Source: an uncultured bacterium
GTDB lineage: Bacteria > Patescibacteriota > Gracilibacteria > Absconditabacterales > Absconditicoccaceae
DNA: 64,000 nucleotides
Direction of reading: 5' to 3'
Assembly (NCBI GenBank): GCA_947168815.1
Contig: CAMVNG010000003.1
Span: 8,478-72,477, forward strand
Shown here: in pieces, positions 11,286 to 20,953 of the stretch
Position numbering within the stretch: position 1 is the stretch's first letter
How the letters are laid out: each line of letters opens with the position of its first letter
Position numbers and translations under genes: made by a program
The notes under the pieces: generated by a model
Databases searched by the model: none
The model's input: only the letters and a program-made list of their open reading frames with translations
Told to the model about the DNA's origin: nothing

Positions 11286-11963
11286 ATGAGCCACGGAAAA
11301 AAGTACGTAGAAGCTAAAAAGCTTGTTGATAAATCAAAGGCTTATCCTCTAGCTGAGGCAGTTGAGCTTCTTAAAAAAGTTAATTATGCTAAATTTGATG
11401 CTGGTGTTGAGGTAGCAATTAAAACTAATGCTAATCCAAAATACAATGATCAAATGCTTAGAGCAACAACTATTCTTCCTCACGGAACAGGAAAGACAAA
11501 GAAAGTTGCTGTATTTACTACTGATGATAAAGTAGAAGAAGCTAAAAAAGCTGGTGCAGATATTGCTGGACATGATAGTCTTCTTGCTAGTATTAAAGAT
11601 GGAAAAACAGATTTTGATGTTTTGATTACATCACCTGATCTTATTAGAGAATTAGCTCCAGTTGCTAAACAACTTGGACCTAAAGGATTGATGCCATCTC
11701 CAAAAGCTGGAACTGTTGCTGTAAATATTGCACAAGCAGTAGAGGAAACAAAGAAGGGTAAGATTGAGTTTAGATTAGATAAAACTGGAAATATTCACTG
11801 TTTGGTTGGTAAATTATCATTTGATAATGCTAAATTAGTTGAAAATGTTGAAGGATTGATGAAAGCTATTGAAGAAAATAAACCAACTGGAGTTAAAGGA
11901 AAGTTGGTGAAGAAAATTGTTATAGCTTCAACAATGTCTCCAGGAATCCAAATTGAATACTAA
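11286..11963 (+). CDS. rplA: 50S ribosomal protein L1
   Basis: Intact 225-aa ORF in the track. L1 family features are present (LPHGTGK, MPSPKAGTV). It contains no TGA codon. Confidence 0.97.
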   Translation: MSHGKKYVEAKKLVDKSKAYPLAEAVELLKKVNYAKFDAGVEVAIKTNANPKYNDQMLRATTILPHGTGKTKKVAVFTTDDKVEEAKKAGADIAGHDSLLASIKDGKTDFDVLITSPDLIRELAPVAKQLGPKGLMPSPKAGTVAVNIAQAVEETKKGKIEFRLDKTGNIHCLVGKLSFDNAKLVENVEGLMKAIEENKPTGVKGKLVKKIVIASTMSPGIQIEY

Positions 11964-11988
11964 TACTTATGCTAAAATTTTATAGAGG

Positions 11989-12019
11989 AACTAGGCAAGA
12001 ATGCCTAGTTTTTCTTTTT
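11989..12019 (+). terminator. rho-independent terminator after rplA
   Basis: Perfect 9-bp stem AACTAGGCA/TGCCTAGTT with a 4-nt loop, followed by TTTCTTTTTC. Confidence 0.8.
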
Positions 12020-12052
12020 CAAAGAGAGTAAGGATTAAAATTCATCGATTTT

Positions 12053-12081
12053 TTGACTTTTTTTCGATTTACAAGTATAAT
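12053..12081 (+). promoter_or_regulatory. consensus sigma70 promoter (TTGACT-N17-TATAAT)
   Basis: -35 at 12053-12058 and -10 at 12076-12081, 38 nt upstream of ATG 12119. Confidence 0.65.
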
Positions 12082-12118
12082 TGTAATAAGGAATTTTATA
12101 TCTACTTGATTTGATAAA

Positions 12119-14746
12119 ATGCCAGGGAACAGTCCAGAAGGTAAAACAAGTGTAGAATTATGAGGAGTTAAATTGGAACAAGAAGAGCTAAAAAATCAAC
12201 TCAGAGCCCAACTTAATGCAGAACAAGCTGAGATAGCTTTTGATGCAGTTCGAAAAAAACTTTTGGAAATGGAAGCCCAACAATCAAAAGAAGATATTGC
12301 TAATCTTCAAAGACAGGTATTGGAAGAACATAAAGTTGATATAAAATTAGAAAATAATAATTGAGTAATCGTAATTAATCTGATAAATAACAATAATCAT
12401 ATAAATATTTCGGTGACTCCAGATGCAGTTCCAGAACAACAAAGATATAATGTAGTAGAAAGCAGAATTGTAATAAATGAAGATCAAGGTCCAGCGACTG
12501 TTCAAAGAGTGGCTGCTCCACAATCTGTACGCCAAACAACAGTTCAATGAACAGAAGATGCTACAAGAGTTTCAGAATGAACAAGACAGGAAACACCAGT
12601 TGCTTCTGTAGATCAAACAACTAGTCAGCAACAGCAGAGAACATCTGCAGAGCAAACATCACCAGCTGATCAAAGACAAGAAACAGTTCAAACAGCAACT
12701 CAAGAACAAACTTGAAATTCTCCAGAAACAACAGTTCAAACACAATCAGTTCCTGAAAGTCCTGAACAAAGATATGATGAATTAAAAGATATTTTAACAT
12801 CATTAAATAGAGAACTTGTTCCTGATGCTTCATGAAATATTGTACTTACAGGAGCTCAAATGCAAAAATTAAACCGTATTTCTTTATTACGTGCTCCTTT
12901 TTTCTGAGCATGAATGCCTAAAGCACTTGCAGATGCTCTCGGAAGAAGCGATATTATAACAGCAGAAGATTTAAAAAATGCAAAAACACTAAGAGCTAAA
13001 AGAAGAGAAATAGAACAGAAACTGAAAGATGAAAAAAAATATAATAAGGAGCTAGGAAAGTTACTAGATACTTACATTGATTATCTTAATAAAAAAAATA
13101 GCACAAATTATACCTTAAACAAAGCAGCTGCATTAGGAAAGATTAATGAAGAATTGGAGAGAGGTACTTATATTAATCAGCCATTGGCTTTTATGCCAGA
13201 GGTTTCTCCTCTTATCTTAAATATTTGTCAAAAATGAAATAGAGAAAGACTTGCTTCAAATAAAGCAATTCAAGTAATGAATAATTGAAAAACAATAAAT
13301 GTTTTCCCTGAAGCTGCAGGATCTGCTTGAGCAGCAGCAGGGTATTTAGCAACATGTTGAGCAGGATGATATGCAAATATTTTTGAAAAATTTCTTACTG
13401 AAAATACAAAAATGTCCCAATGACAGGCTAGAAATATGATAAATACAGTAGGAACTTTCGGATTAGTAGCTTGAGTTGTGTGAATTGGTTATTGGTTGTT
13501 TACAAAAAAAGAGTGAGGTGAGAGAAAATTTAGTTTCCCATCACTATGAAAAATAGCAGCTGTTATTTGAATTCCTATGGCATTGAATTACGGATCTCAA
13601 ATGACAACAGGAAGCTCATTCTTAGAAAATTTAAATAAATGGTGGACGACGGGTGAATTTCCATGGAGTTCTCCAGAAAATTTAACATCAAATGAACAGT
13701 TAGTATCCCAACAAGTGATGTGACAATTTGTTTTATTATGAGTTCCTAAAAAAATTATAAAACAATATGGTTCATTTAACTCTTCTGGTAAAATGACAAA
13801 GATTGATTTGGGATGATTGAGAACATGATATCTAGAAGTATTGCAAAATGATGCCAATACAACAAGTGAACAAAAAGCAAGGATTTGAGCACAGATTGCA
13901 GCAATAGAAAATATTTCTAGGTCAGATTCTTCAAAGACATTATTATATAATTATATTGAACGTTTAGGAATTACAAAGTCTGATTTAAATTCTGATCCAG
14001 ATTGATATCTTGATTCACGTTTATGAGAAGCTGCGGAAAAATATAATAAAATAGACGCATATTTAAAAGATAGATGATTATTAATTGATAACAATAAAAA
14101 AGATAAAGTAATTGATACTCTATTTAAAGAAAAAGAGCTCAACGATGAAGTATTTGATAAATTAAAAGAGGAGTGATACTTTATGCCAAACCCTGATGAT
14201 AATAGATATAAGGAAATAGCTAAATTAAATGTTGCGTCAGAAAAGAAGATAAAAATAGCAGAAGCATTTGCAAGTCTTGCATCAGAATGAACAAAATATT
14301 GACAAATGAGCTTGAAAGTAGATGGTTGAAAAGTTAAACTTACTTCAAAAGTAGATATTGAGTGAGCTGTTAAAGAAAATACAATAGATATCAATCCGGA
14401 TTTAACAATTGATGGATTTACAGATGCTGGATGACAAACATTAAAATTTAAGGATGAAAAAGAATGGTTAAGAACAGGTTTACTTGTTAATTATATTAAG
14501 GCAAAAACCTGGGAAAGGACGACAAAATTTGAAAATAGGAATGCTCCATTTGAGTTGAGTTGATGACTAAAATTTCGAGAATCGGTTCAATTTGTGGAAC
14601 ATGATAAAAAAGAAACAGTGCTTTCCAATGCTCCATTTATAGGTGATATGGCAAGTAATCATCCTACAATAGAAAAAGATAAGAATAGAGAGTTCTTTAG
14701 AGACTATCTTAATAAACTTTGGGTGGCAGACCATCCTTCATCATAG
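12119..14746 (+). CDS. large hypothetical membrane protein (875 aa)
   Basis: The frame is supported by track ORFs 12173..12364 and 12914..13237. It has a coiled-coil N-terminus, a Q/T-rich linker, and 3-4 hydrophobic helices including the Gly-zipper GSAGAAAGYLATCGAGGYA. A C-terminal domain of about 400 aa follows. TAG at 14744-14746. Confidence 0.7.
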
Positions 14747-14773
14747 AAATTTTAAATATTAACAGGTATTAAA

Positions 14774-15253
14774 ATGGTAGAAAAATGACCAGATAAACGA
14801 AGAAAAGTTGGTAAAGAACGGCTAAATGCAAGAAAAGCAGCAACTGCGGCTGCAGCTATTGTTGTTCTTATGTGAGCTTCAAGTTGTTCAAATGCTCAAA
14901 AAGATTATGAAGAATGAGTAACAACCGAACAAATTGCAAAAAATGAAGCAAATATTAAAAGTTTAATAGATTCATATGAATTCTATTATAAAGATATTCA
15001 AGCTCGCCAAAAGAAATTGGTTGCATTAGAAGCTGCAGGAGATCTTAGAGGAGCAAAAGCAGAAAGAGAAAGAATTAAGTCTCTAATTGAAACTCTAAAA
15101 GATACTGAAAAGGCTATTGATAAAGCTCAAAATAAAAGAGTTGATCTTGATAAATATAATCAAGATTGAAAGATTGCCTCTGAAACAGATGCAGCTTGAG
15201 GAGTTGGTGGTATTATGATTCCTCCTCATAGAACATTTATTGAAGCAAATTAA
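14774..15253 (+). CDS. putative coiled-coil lipoprotein (159 aa)
   Basis: Starts 27 nt after the preceding CDS. It has a basic N-terminus and a hydrophobic stretch AAAAIVVLMGASSC with a lipobox-like Cys, followed by heptad-rich sequence. Confidence 0.6.
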
Positions 15254-15266
15254 TATTTAATGTATA

Positions 15267-15307
15267 TAAAAATCCTAAGGACTTAATAAATCCTTAGGAT
15301 TTTTTTT
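15267..15307. terminator. bidirectional rho-independent terminator
   Basis: Perfect 11-bp stem AATCCTAAGGA/TCCTTAGGATT with a 9-nt loop, flanked by an A-run and a T7 run. It lies between convergent genes. Confidence 0.8.
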
Positions 15308-15318
15308 AAATAAATGAA

Positions 15319-16185
15319 TTATCAAAATGCTTTTTCATATGCTCTTTCTAATGTCGCTCTATCAAAATGAGTTCAAGTTTCGTTTACAGCAGTTTGTTGG
15401 GTAAAAGCCATCATAGTTTCTTTATCATCTGTATTTAATCTTTCAAAAGGACTTACGTGTAATTTTTCACATGAATGGGTAATCCATTTGATACGTAAGG
15501 CTTTTAAAGAATCAGGTTCATCTGGTTTATAGATTCATTGCATTCATGAACAATTAATACCTTGAATAGATTTATTACGATATCTATCTTGTCTCATAAG
15601 CCTCATGAATGATGCTAATCCGTCTTCCATGGTATTGTATCTTCAATGATTTTGACCATCAGCAACTCTTGAAGATCAAGTTCTTCATACATCTCCTTTG
15701 AAAGGGGATACATTACATGGATTATTCTTTTTAACTCAAACAGCATCTTTATTTGTAAATTTTAATGGCTGATCTTTTACATGAAGAGTAACTAAATTCC
15801 CTTCTGTTCAACTTAATCATAATTGAGAGAATCAAATGAGAGGATTTAATTTAATATTATCAACTCTATAAGTAGAAATACCCTTATATGGAGTATGGAT
15901 ATGCGCAAAAGGATATGGTCATGGAGTAAATCAACTTCTATCTACTTTTGAATAATCAATTCCAGAAGATGGTTGTTCTGTATGTCCACTTCATTGTCAT
16001 ACAACTTGTTGTAATGCTGTTTGTTGAGCATCTTTGTCTTCTAATCAAAAAGTAGACTTAAGCCAGTCGACAGCCTTTTTGAAATATTGTCATCGAACAC
16101 TTTTTTCAAGATTATTAAGTGCATCCTTAACTCGATTGACACCTTCTTTTTGTTCTACTCAACTGCTTAATGTTTCAGCAGACAT
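15319..16185 (-). CDS. hypothetical protein with NNPxN motif (288 aa)
   Basis: ATG 16183-16185 to TAA 15319-15321, 22 nt downstream of the deaminase gene on the same strand. It contains KNNPCNV...RYNTMEDGLASFMRLMRQDRY. Confidence 0.6.
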
Positions 16186-16207
16186 TTTTTTAAAAAGATA
16201 AATAAAA

Positions 16208-16738
16208 CTAATATTCTTCTGTTCAACTCTCTAAATAAACAAGCTCAACTCCTGCTTTATCGAAGACTTCTTCACTGAGTTTTGCATCGTGAAACCTTTT
16301 TTCACAAACAACTCTCTTGATACCACAAGCAACAATTAAATGAGCACAATGTCTCACATAGCAAGGAGTCATTTTTGTGTAGATAGTTGCTCATTCCAAG
16401 GAAATACCTTGTCTAGCAGCATGAGCAATAGCATTTAATTCTGCACATGAATTTCTCATACAATGTTGAGTGGCTTCTCATGTGTTTTTTATGACAGTCC
16501 ACATCAAATGTTCATCTTCATCACATTTAATAGATCATTCTGGAGCATCAACGAATCCTGTAGCAACAACCTGTCAATCTTTAACAATAACACATCAACT
16601 TCTTCAACGATTACAGGTTCCTTTTTCTCAAACTACACGACAAATATCCATGTAGTATTCATCTTCAGGTATTTCGTCAGGCTTTAAATATCAATGATCT
16701 TTAATGCTTCAATTCTCGATTTTTTCTTCTTCGCTCAT
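16208..16738 (-). CDS. CMP/dCMP deaminase family protein (dCMP deaminase-like)
   Basis: DEYYMDICRVVGEKGTC, HCMRNSCAELNAI (the catalytic Glu motif, with Cys where His is usual) and TPCYVRHCAHLIVACGIKRVV. 176 aa. Confidence 0.8.
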
Positions 16739-16877
16739 GTGAAAAATAAAGGTATAAATACTATATTAATTATATAGACAAAGACTAAAAAATACAAATT
16801 TTTAAATTCTTGTCACAAGTTTAAATTTAAATCGTATAATAGATAGAAAACTTTTATTTTTTTATTGTTTTAAAATT

Positions 16878-17417
16878 ATGAAAAAGACAAGTATTGCGCT
16901 ATGTGCTGTTGTTCTTGGAGCACTAGTGATGACAAATGCATTTGCTACTGAAGAAGAAACTTTAACAACTACTGCTGCTACATCAGGAGCCGTTGCAGAA
17001 TCAGGAGCTGCTTTAACAGGAGACACTGCTACTGAAACAGGAGCTGTTGTAGAATCAGGAGCTAAAGCTGAAGAAGCAACAGGAGCTGTTGCAGAAACTT
17101 GAGATGTTGCAACAGGAGCTGCTTTAACAGGAGAAACTGCTGCTGAAACAGGAGCTGTTGTAGAATCATGAGCTAAAGCTGAAGAAACAACAGGAGATGT
17201 TGTAGAAGAAAAAGATGTAAACGCAGAACTTCACGCTATTATTAATAAGTTTTTCGAAGATAATAAGAAAACTTACTCTACATTAAAATCAAGATCTGAT
17301 TTTGTTGCTTCATTAAAGGATAAAGTTGCTAAAGCATCAGAAAAAGCTAGCAAGAAATTTGAAGAAGCATTTAAGACTCTTAAAGCTGCTTTAGACTCAT
17401 ATAAAGTTGCTGAATAA
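16878..17417 (+). CDS. secreted T/A/E/G-rich repeat protein (179 aa)
   Basis: Signal peptide MKKTSIALCAVVLGALVMTNAFA. Track ORF 16878..17102 extends through 2 TGA codons. The C-terminus is helical. Confidence 0.7.
17004..17207 (+). repeat. 111-bp (37-aa) tandem repeat, about 1.8 copies, six substitutions
   Basis: Copy A starts at 17004 and copy B at 17115. GGAGCTGCTTTAACAGGAGA... aligns without gaps. Confidence 0.8.
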
Positions 17418-17442
17418 TTGCAAAGTGTTGTCTTAATAATAG

Positions 17443-17468
17443 GGAAGGATTGAATCCTTCCTTTTTTT
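17443..17468 (+). terminator. rho-independent terminator
   Basis: GGAAGGAT/ATCCTTCC stem followed by T7. Confidence 0.75.
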
Positions 17469-17479
17469 ATTCTAAAAAT

Positions 17480-17508
17480 TTGATTATTTATGACATTTAA
17501 AATATAAT
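17480..17508 (+). promoter_or_regulatory. sigma70-like promoter (TTGATT-N17-TATAAT)
   Basis: -35 at 17480-17485 and -10 at 17503-17508. ATG at 17537. Confidence 0.5.
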
Positions 17509-17536
17509 AAGTATAACTTTAATTATTTGTGGGTAT

Positions 17537-18082
17537 ATGAGCACAAAACAGACAGAAGTTCAAAAAAAAGCAAAAAAAATGCTTCATAAGTATAAAGTTT
17601 CAAGATTTAATTGGACATTTAAACAATTTTTCTTCACTTTTTTATGAGCATATATTTGCTATTTAGGATTTATGCCTCTATATAAATCAGGTTTTCATAC
17701 TGATTATTATTCTTATTTTGTGCTTATTGTAGGATTGATATCTTTAAGATATGGTCTTAAATGAATTATATCAATGATTATATGACTTTGATTAAAATCT
17801 CATCTCGTTGATAATTGAGTAGCTGTAGAAGCTCGTATTGTTAATGTAGAATATATCGATTCTTGGAGTACATATCAGAAAGGTAGTTTTATCTTTGCTG
17901 TACCACAAAAAGGACTTTTAGAGGGATTAAATATTATATTTAAAAGTGAAAGAATTTTGTTTAAAATTCCTAAATGAATGTTGAAGCCATGAGATACAGT
18001 TTTGGTATTTGTCGATCCTAAAGATCTCCATAGTTATTGGATGAACATAGAATCAATATTTAAAAAGCATATTAAAAATTAA
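17537..18082 (+). CDS. DUF3592-like membrane protein (181 aa)
   Basis: Hydrophobic helices followed by a beta-rich C-terminal domain ending PGDTVLVFVDPKDLHSYW. This is my recollection of the DUF3592 pattern. Confidence 0.55.
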
Positions 18083-20283
18083 AATAGGCCTCATTGAATA
18101 ATTTTTGATTTTTTTTCTTCTGTAGGAAATTCCAATCAGAAGATTTTTTTTATCTCATCGAAATTATTATAAATTTTTATTCAAAGATTTGAAGCTTTCT
18201 CAGCCTTACTTCATGGTTTTTCTCAAATAAACATAATATTTGTTTTAGAATTGGGATTCTCATCATAAACAAATCACTTATTTTCCAAGGCTTTTACGAA
18301 TAATCATCTTGAAACAGGGAAACTTCAGGTTAGAGAAAAATGTTCTTTATCTTCTTCTGAAATACTTAAAGAGTTATCTTCATCAACAGCTGTAGCATCA
18401 AAAATTACCCCATGTTGTTCGAGTCAGCGTAATAATCATAAAGTATCTGGATTACTAATATAAAGCAAGATTCAATTCATAATCTTATTACCTATTCAAA
18501 ATAAGTCCTTAATTTGCTCATTCTCAAATACTTCAAGAATTTTATCTAAAGAATTAGCTTCTTTACTTTTTAGATAAGTAGCTAAGTCTTGAGCTATTTT
18601 TTTTCAAACATTAGGAATTCAGAGTGCATTTAATATTCTCCAAAGGGGTTTGCTTTTTGATTTGTCTATCTCTCAAACAATTTCAGCAATCTTTTTTTCT
18701 CAAAAATTTGGAAATTTACGTAAAAGAATCTGATTTTTTATATCAGTAAGCGTGTAAATATCACATATTGAATGAAGTAATCCTTGATCAACTAATACAT
18801 CAACAACGGATTCACCTAGTCAAGTAATATCCATGGCATCTCTAGATGCAAAATGAATGATTTTTTCTTTTATTTGTGCAGGACATCACGGATTTGTACA
18901 GTAATAGTGGATATCGATATTAGTGATTGCTCATTTACAAACAGGACAAAAATGTGGTGGTATAATTTCTTCTTCTGTTCAATTCCTTCTTTCTTTTATG
19001 GTTCAAACAATATACGGGATAACTTCTCAACTTCTTTGCACTCGAACAAAATCTTTGTTTCTGATTTGTTTCGTTTGTATAAAGTCAAAATTATGAAGGC
19101 TAACTCTAGAAATTGTTGCTCAGCTAAGTTGAACAGGATCTATGTTGGCAACAGGAGTAATGATTCACGTCCTTCATACTTGAAAATCCACAGACCTAAT
19201 TTGACTAGCAGCTTGTTGTGCAGGGAATTTATATGCAATAGCCCATCTTGGATGATGTTCTGTCCCTCACAATATTTCACGAATTCAAGGACCAATATTA
19301 GTAGTATTTCAAAAAAGATTTCCTCAGACTGATTCCTGATTACCAAGAGAATCATCACGAACTTTGATTACTAATCAGTCAAAATCAATATCTTGTTCTT
19401 CAAGAAATTGTTTTAATTGTGGATCTAAACATCGTTTAATTATTTGTTCAATATCCTTTGTCCTTCTGTAGTTTTCAGGGAGATTAAAGACAGGTAGTCA
19501 TAAAGACTGCCAATCGCAAGGTGTTCATGAAAGTTGTTCATAGATTGCTACAATAAGACCTCTTTTTCAGACTTCATTAGAATCTAAAAGCTTTAGACTT
19601 CATGATGCCGCATTTCTTGTGTTTGAAAAAGGAGTTTGTCATTTTTTTTCTCTTTCTATATTAAGTTTTTCTAGTTGAGATTTTGGCATTAGAACTTCAC
19701 CTCTAAAATGGAGTTCCTCTGTGTTTGTAATAATTTTTGGGAGTTGAGATATCATTAAAATGTTTGAAGTAATGTCTTCTCATATTTTCCCATCTCATCT
19801 AGTAATTCATTGAACTAGTTTTCAGTTTCTGTAGATAAATTCAACACTTAGTCCATCAAATTTCGGTTCAAGAAGATATTCCCAATTATCTCTTCCTGCT
19901 TTTTCTGCAATTTTACTTAATCTATTTCACCATTCTCTAATATCATTTTCATTATAACTGTTTTCTAAAGAAAGAAGCGGAACAATGTGTTCTGCTTTTT
20001 CAAAACCATCAGCAAGCTGTCACACAAGACCTTGAGTAGGAGATGTTCAAGAAATTATGTGAGGATAGTATTCTTCTATTAATTTTAAATATGCGAATAA
20101 TTCATCATATTCTGCATCAGAAATAATTGGTTTTGCATTAATATAATAAAGATGATTATGATCGATAATGGTATCAATAAATAGTTGGTATCGTTCATGT
20201 AATGATCATTCTGGAATGTCTTCAGGATTTGGAACTTCCTTTATAAAGTTTTGAAGTTTTATAGTATTTTCGGATAGATTCAT
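18079..20283 (-). CDS. ligA: NAD-dependent DNA ligase
   Basis: Adenylation motif [23 protein letters not shown], Cys4 finger CPVCKGA...CTNPGCPAQ, then HhH and a BRCT-like C-terminus. 734 aa. Under the standard code this frame has no ORF of 60 aa or more. Confidence 0.92.
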
Positions 20284-20410
20284 AATGGGATTAGTAGTAA
20301 ATTACTTTATAGTCTAGGGATATAACGGGGAAACTCAAACTGACGTTAAAAAATATATCTTTACTTTTAAATAAAAATAAATATAGTATGTAAAAACAAA
20401 ATACAAAAAT

Positions 20411-20824
20411 ATGAATGTAAAAAGTATATTAACTTTATTTTTGCTGATTGTGCTCTGCTCTTGTTGTAAAGAAGATGAGCTGCCAGAAATAACAGCAAAT
20501 TGGAATGTCGGTATTTATAACGACATCGATACGAAAGCTAAACATCTAACATTTGAAATTACACCTTCAAAAGGATATGTTGAGGCTGTAAGTATTACTG
20601 TTAATTATATTTTTACAAACGGCCAACAAACAACAACTTTAACTTTTAAGGATTCAGATTTTAATTTAAGTCATATTAACACCATAGGAATTTATGGAGT
20701 TACATGGACGCCTGTTAATTATCTTTTAGATGATTATACGTGGAGATTACAAACTGTTTATATAAAAGGAAGGATAAAGATAAAAGAATGTTGGTATAGT
20801 TTCAGCGCAAGAAGAACTTATTAA
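20411..20824 (+). CDS. small lipoprotein (137 aa)
   Basis: Intact in the track. Signal and lipobox MNVKSILTLFLLIVLCSCC. It has no TGA codon and five TGG (Trp) codons. Confidence 0.7.
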   Translation: MNVKSILTLFLLIVLCSCCKEDELPEITANWNVGIYNDIDTKAKHLTFEITPSKGYVEAVSITVNYIFTNGQQTTTLTFKDSDFNLSHINTIGIYGVTWTPVNYLLDDYTWRLQTVYIKGRIKIKECWYSFSARRTY

Positions 20825-20827
20825 AAG

Positions 20828-20864
20828 ACTGGTGGATGTAATAATCATCTACCAGTATTTTTTT
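20828..20864 (+). terminator. rho-independent terminator
   Basis: 11-bp stem ACTGGTGGATG/CATCTACCAGT (one G-U pair) with a 7-nt loop, followed by ATTTTTTTG. Confidence 0.75.
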
Positions 20865-20953
20865 GTTAAGGAAATAAAAAAATACTACTCGTTTTTTGAT
20901 TTTAAGGAGTTTTTTAAATATACTTAAGTAAGTTTTATCCTCTTTTAATTGTA

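Noticed and set aside
12119-16738. Prophage remnant or mobile island, suggested by a tape-measure-like Gly-zipper protein, an NNPxN protein and a dCMP deaminase.
   Set aside because: There is no integrase, terminase, capsid or portal gene, no flanking direct repeats or tRNA attachment site, and TGA-Gly usage looks like the rest of the window. The idea rests on weak resemblances only.
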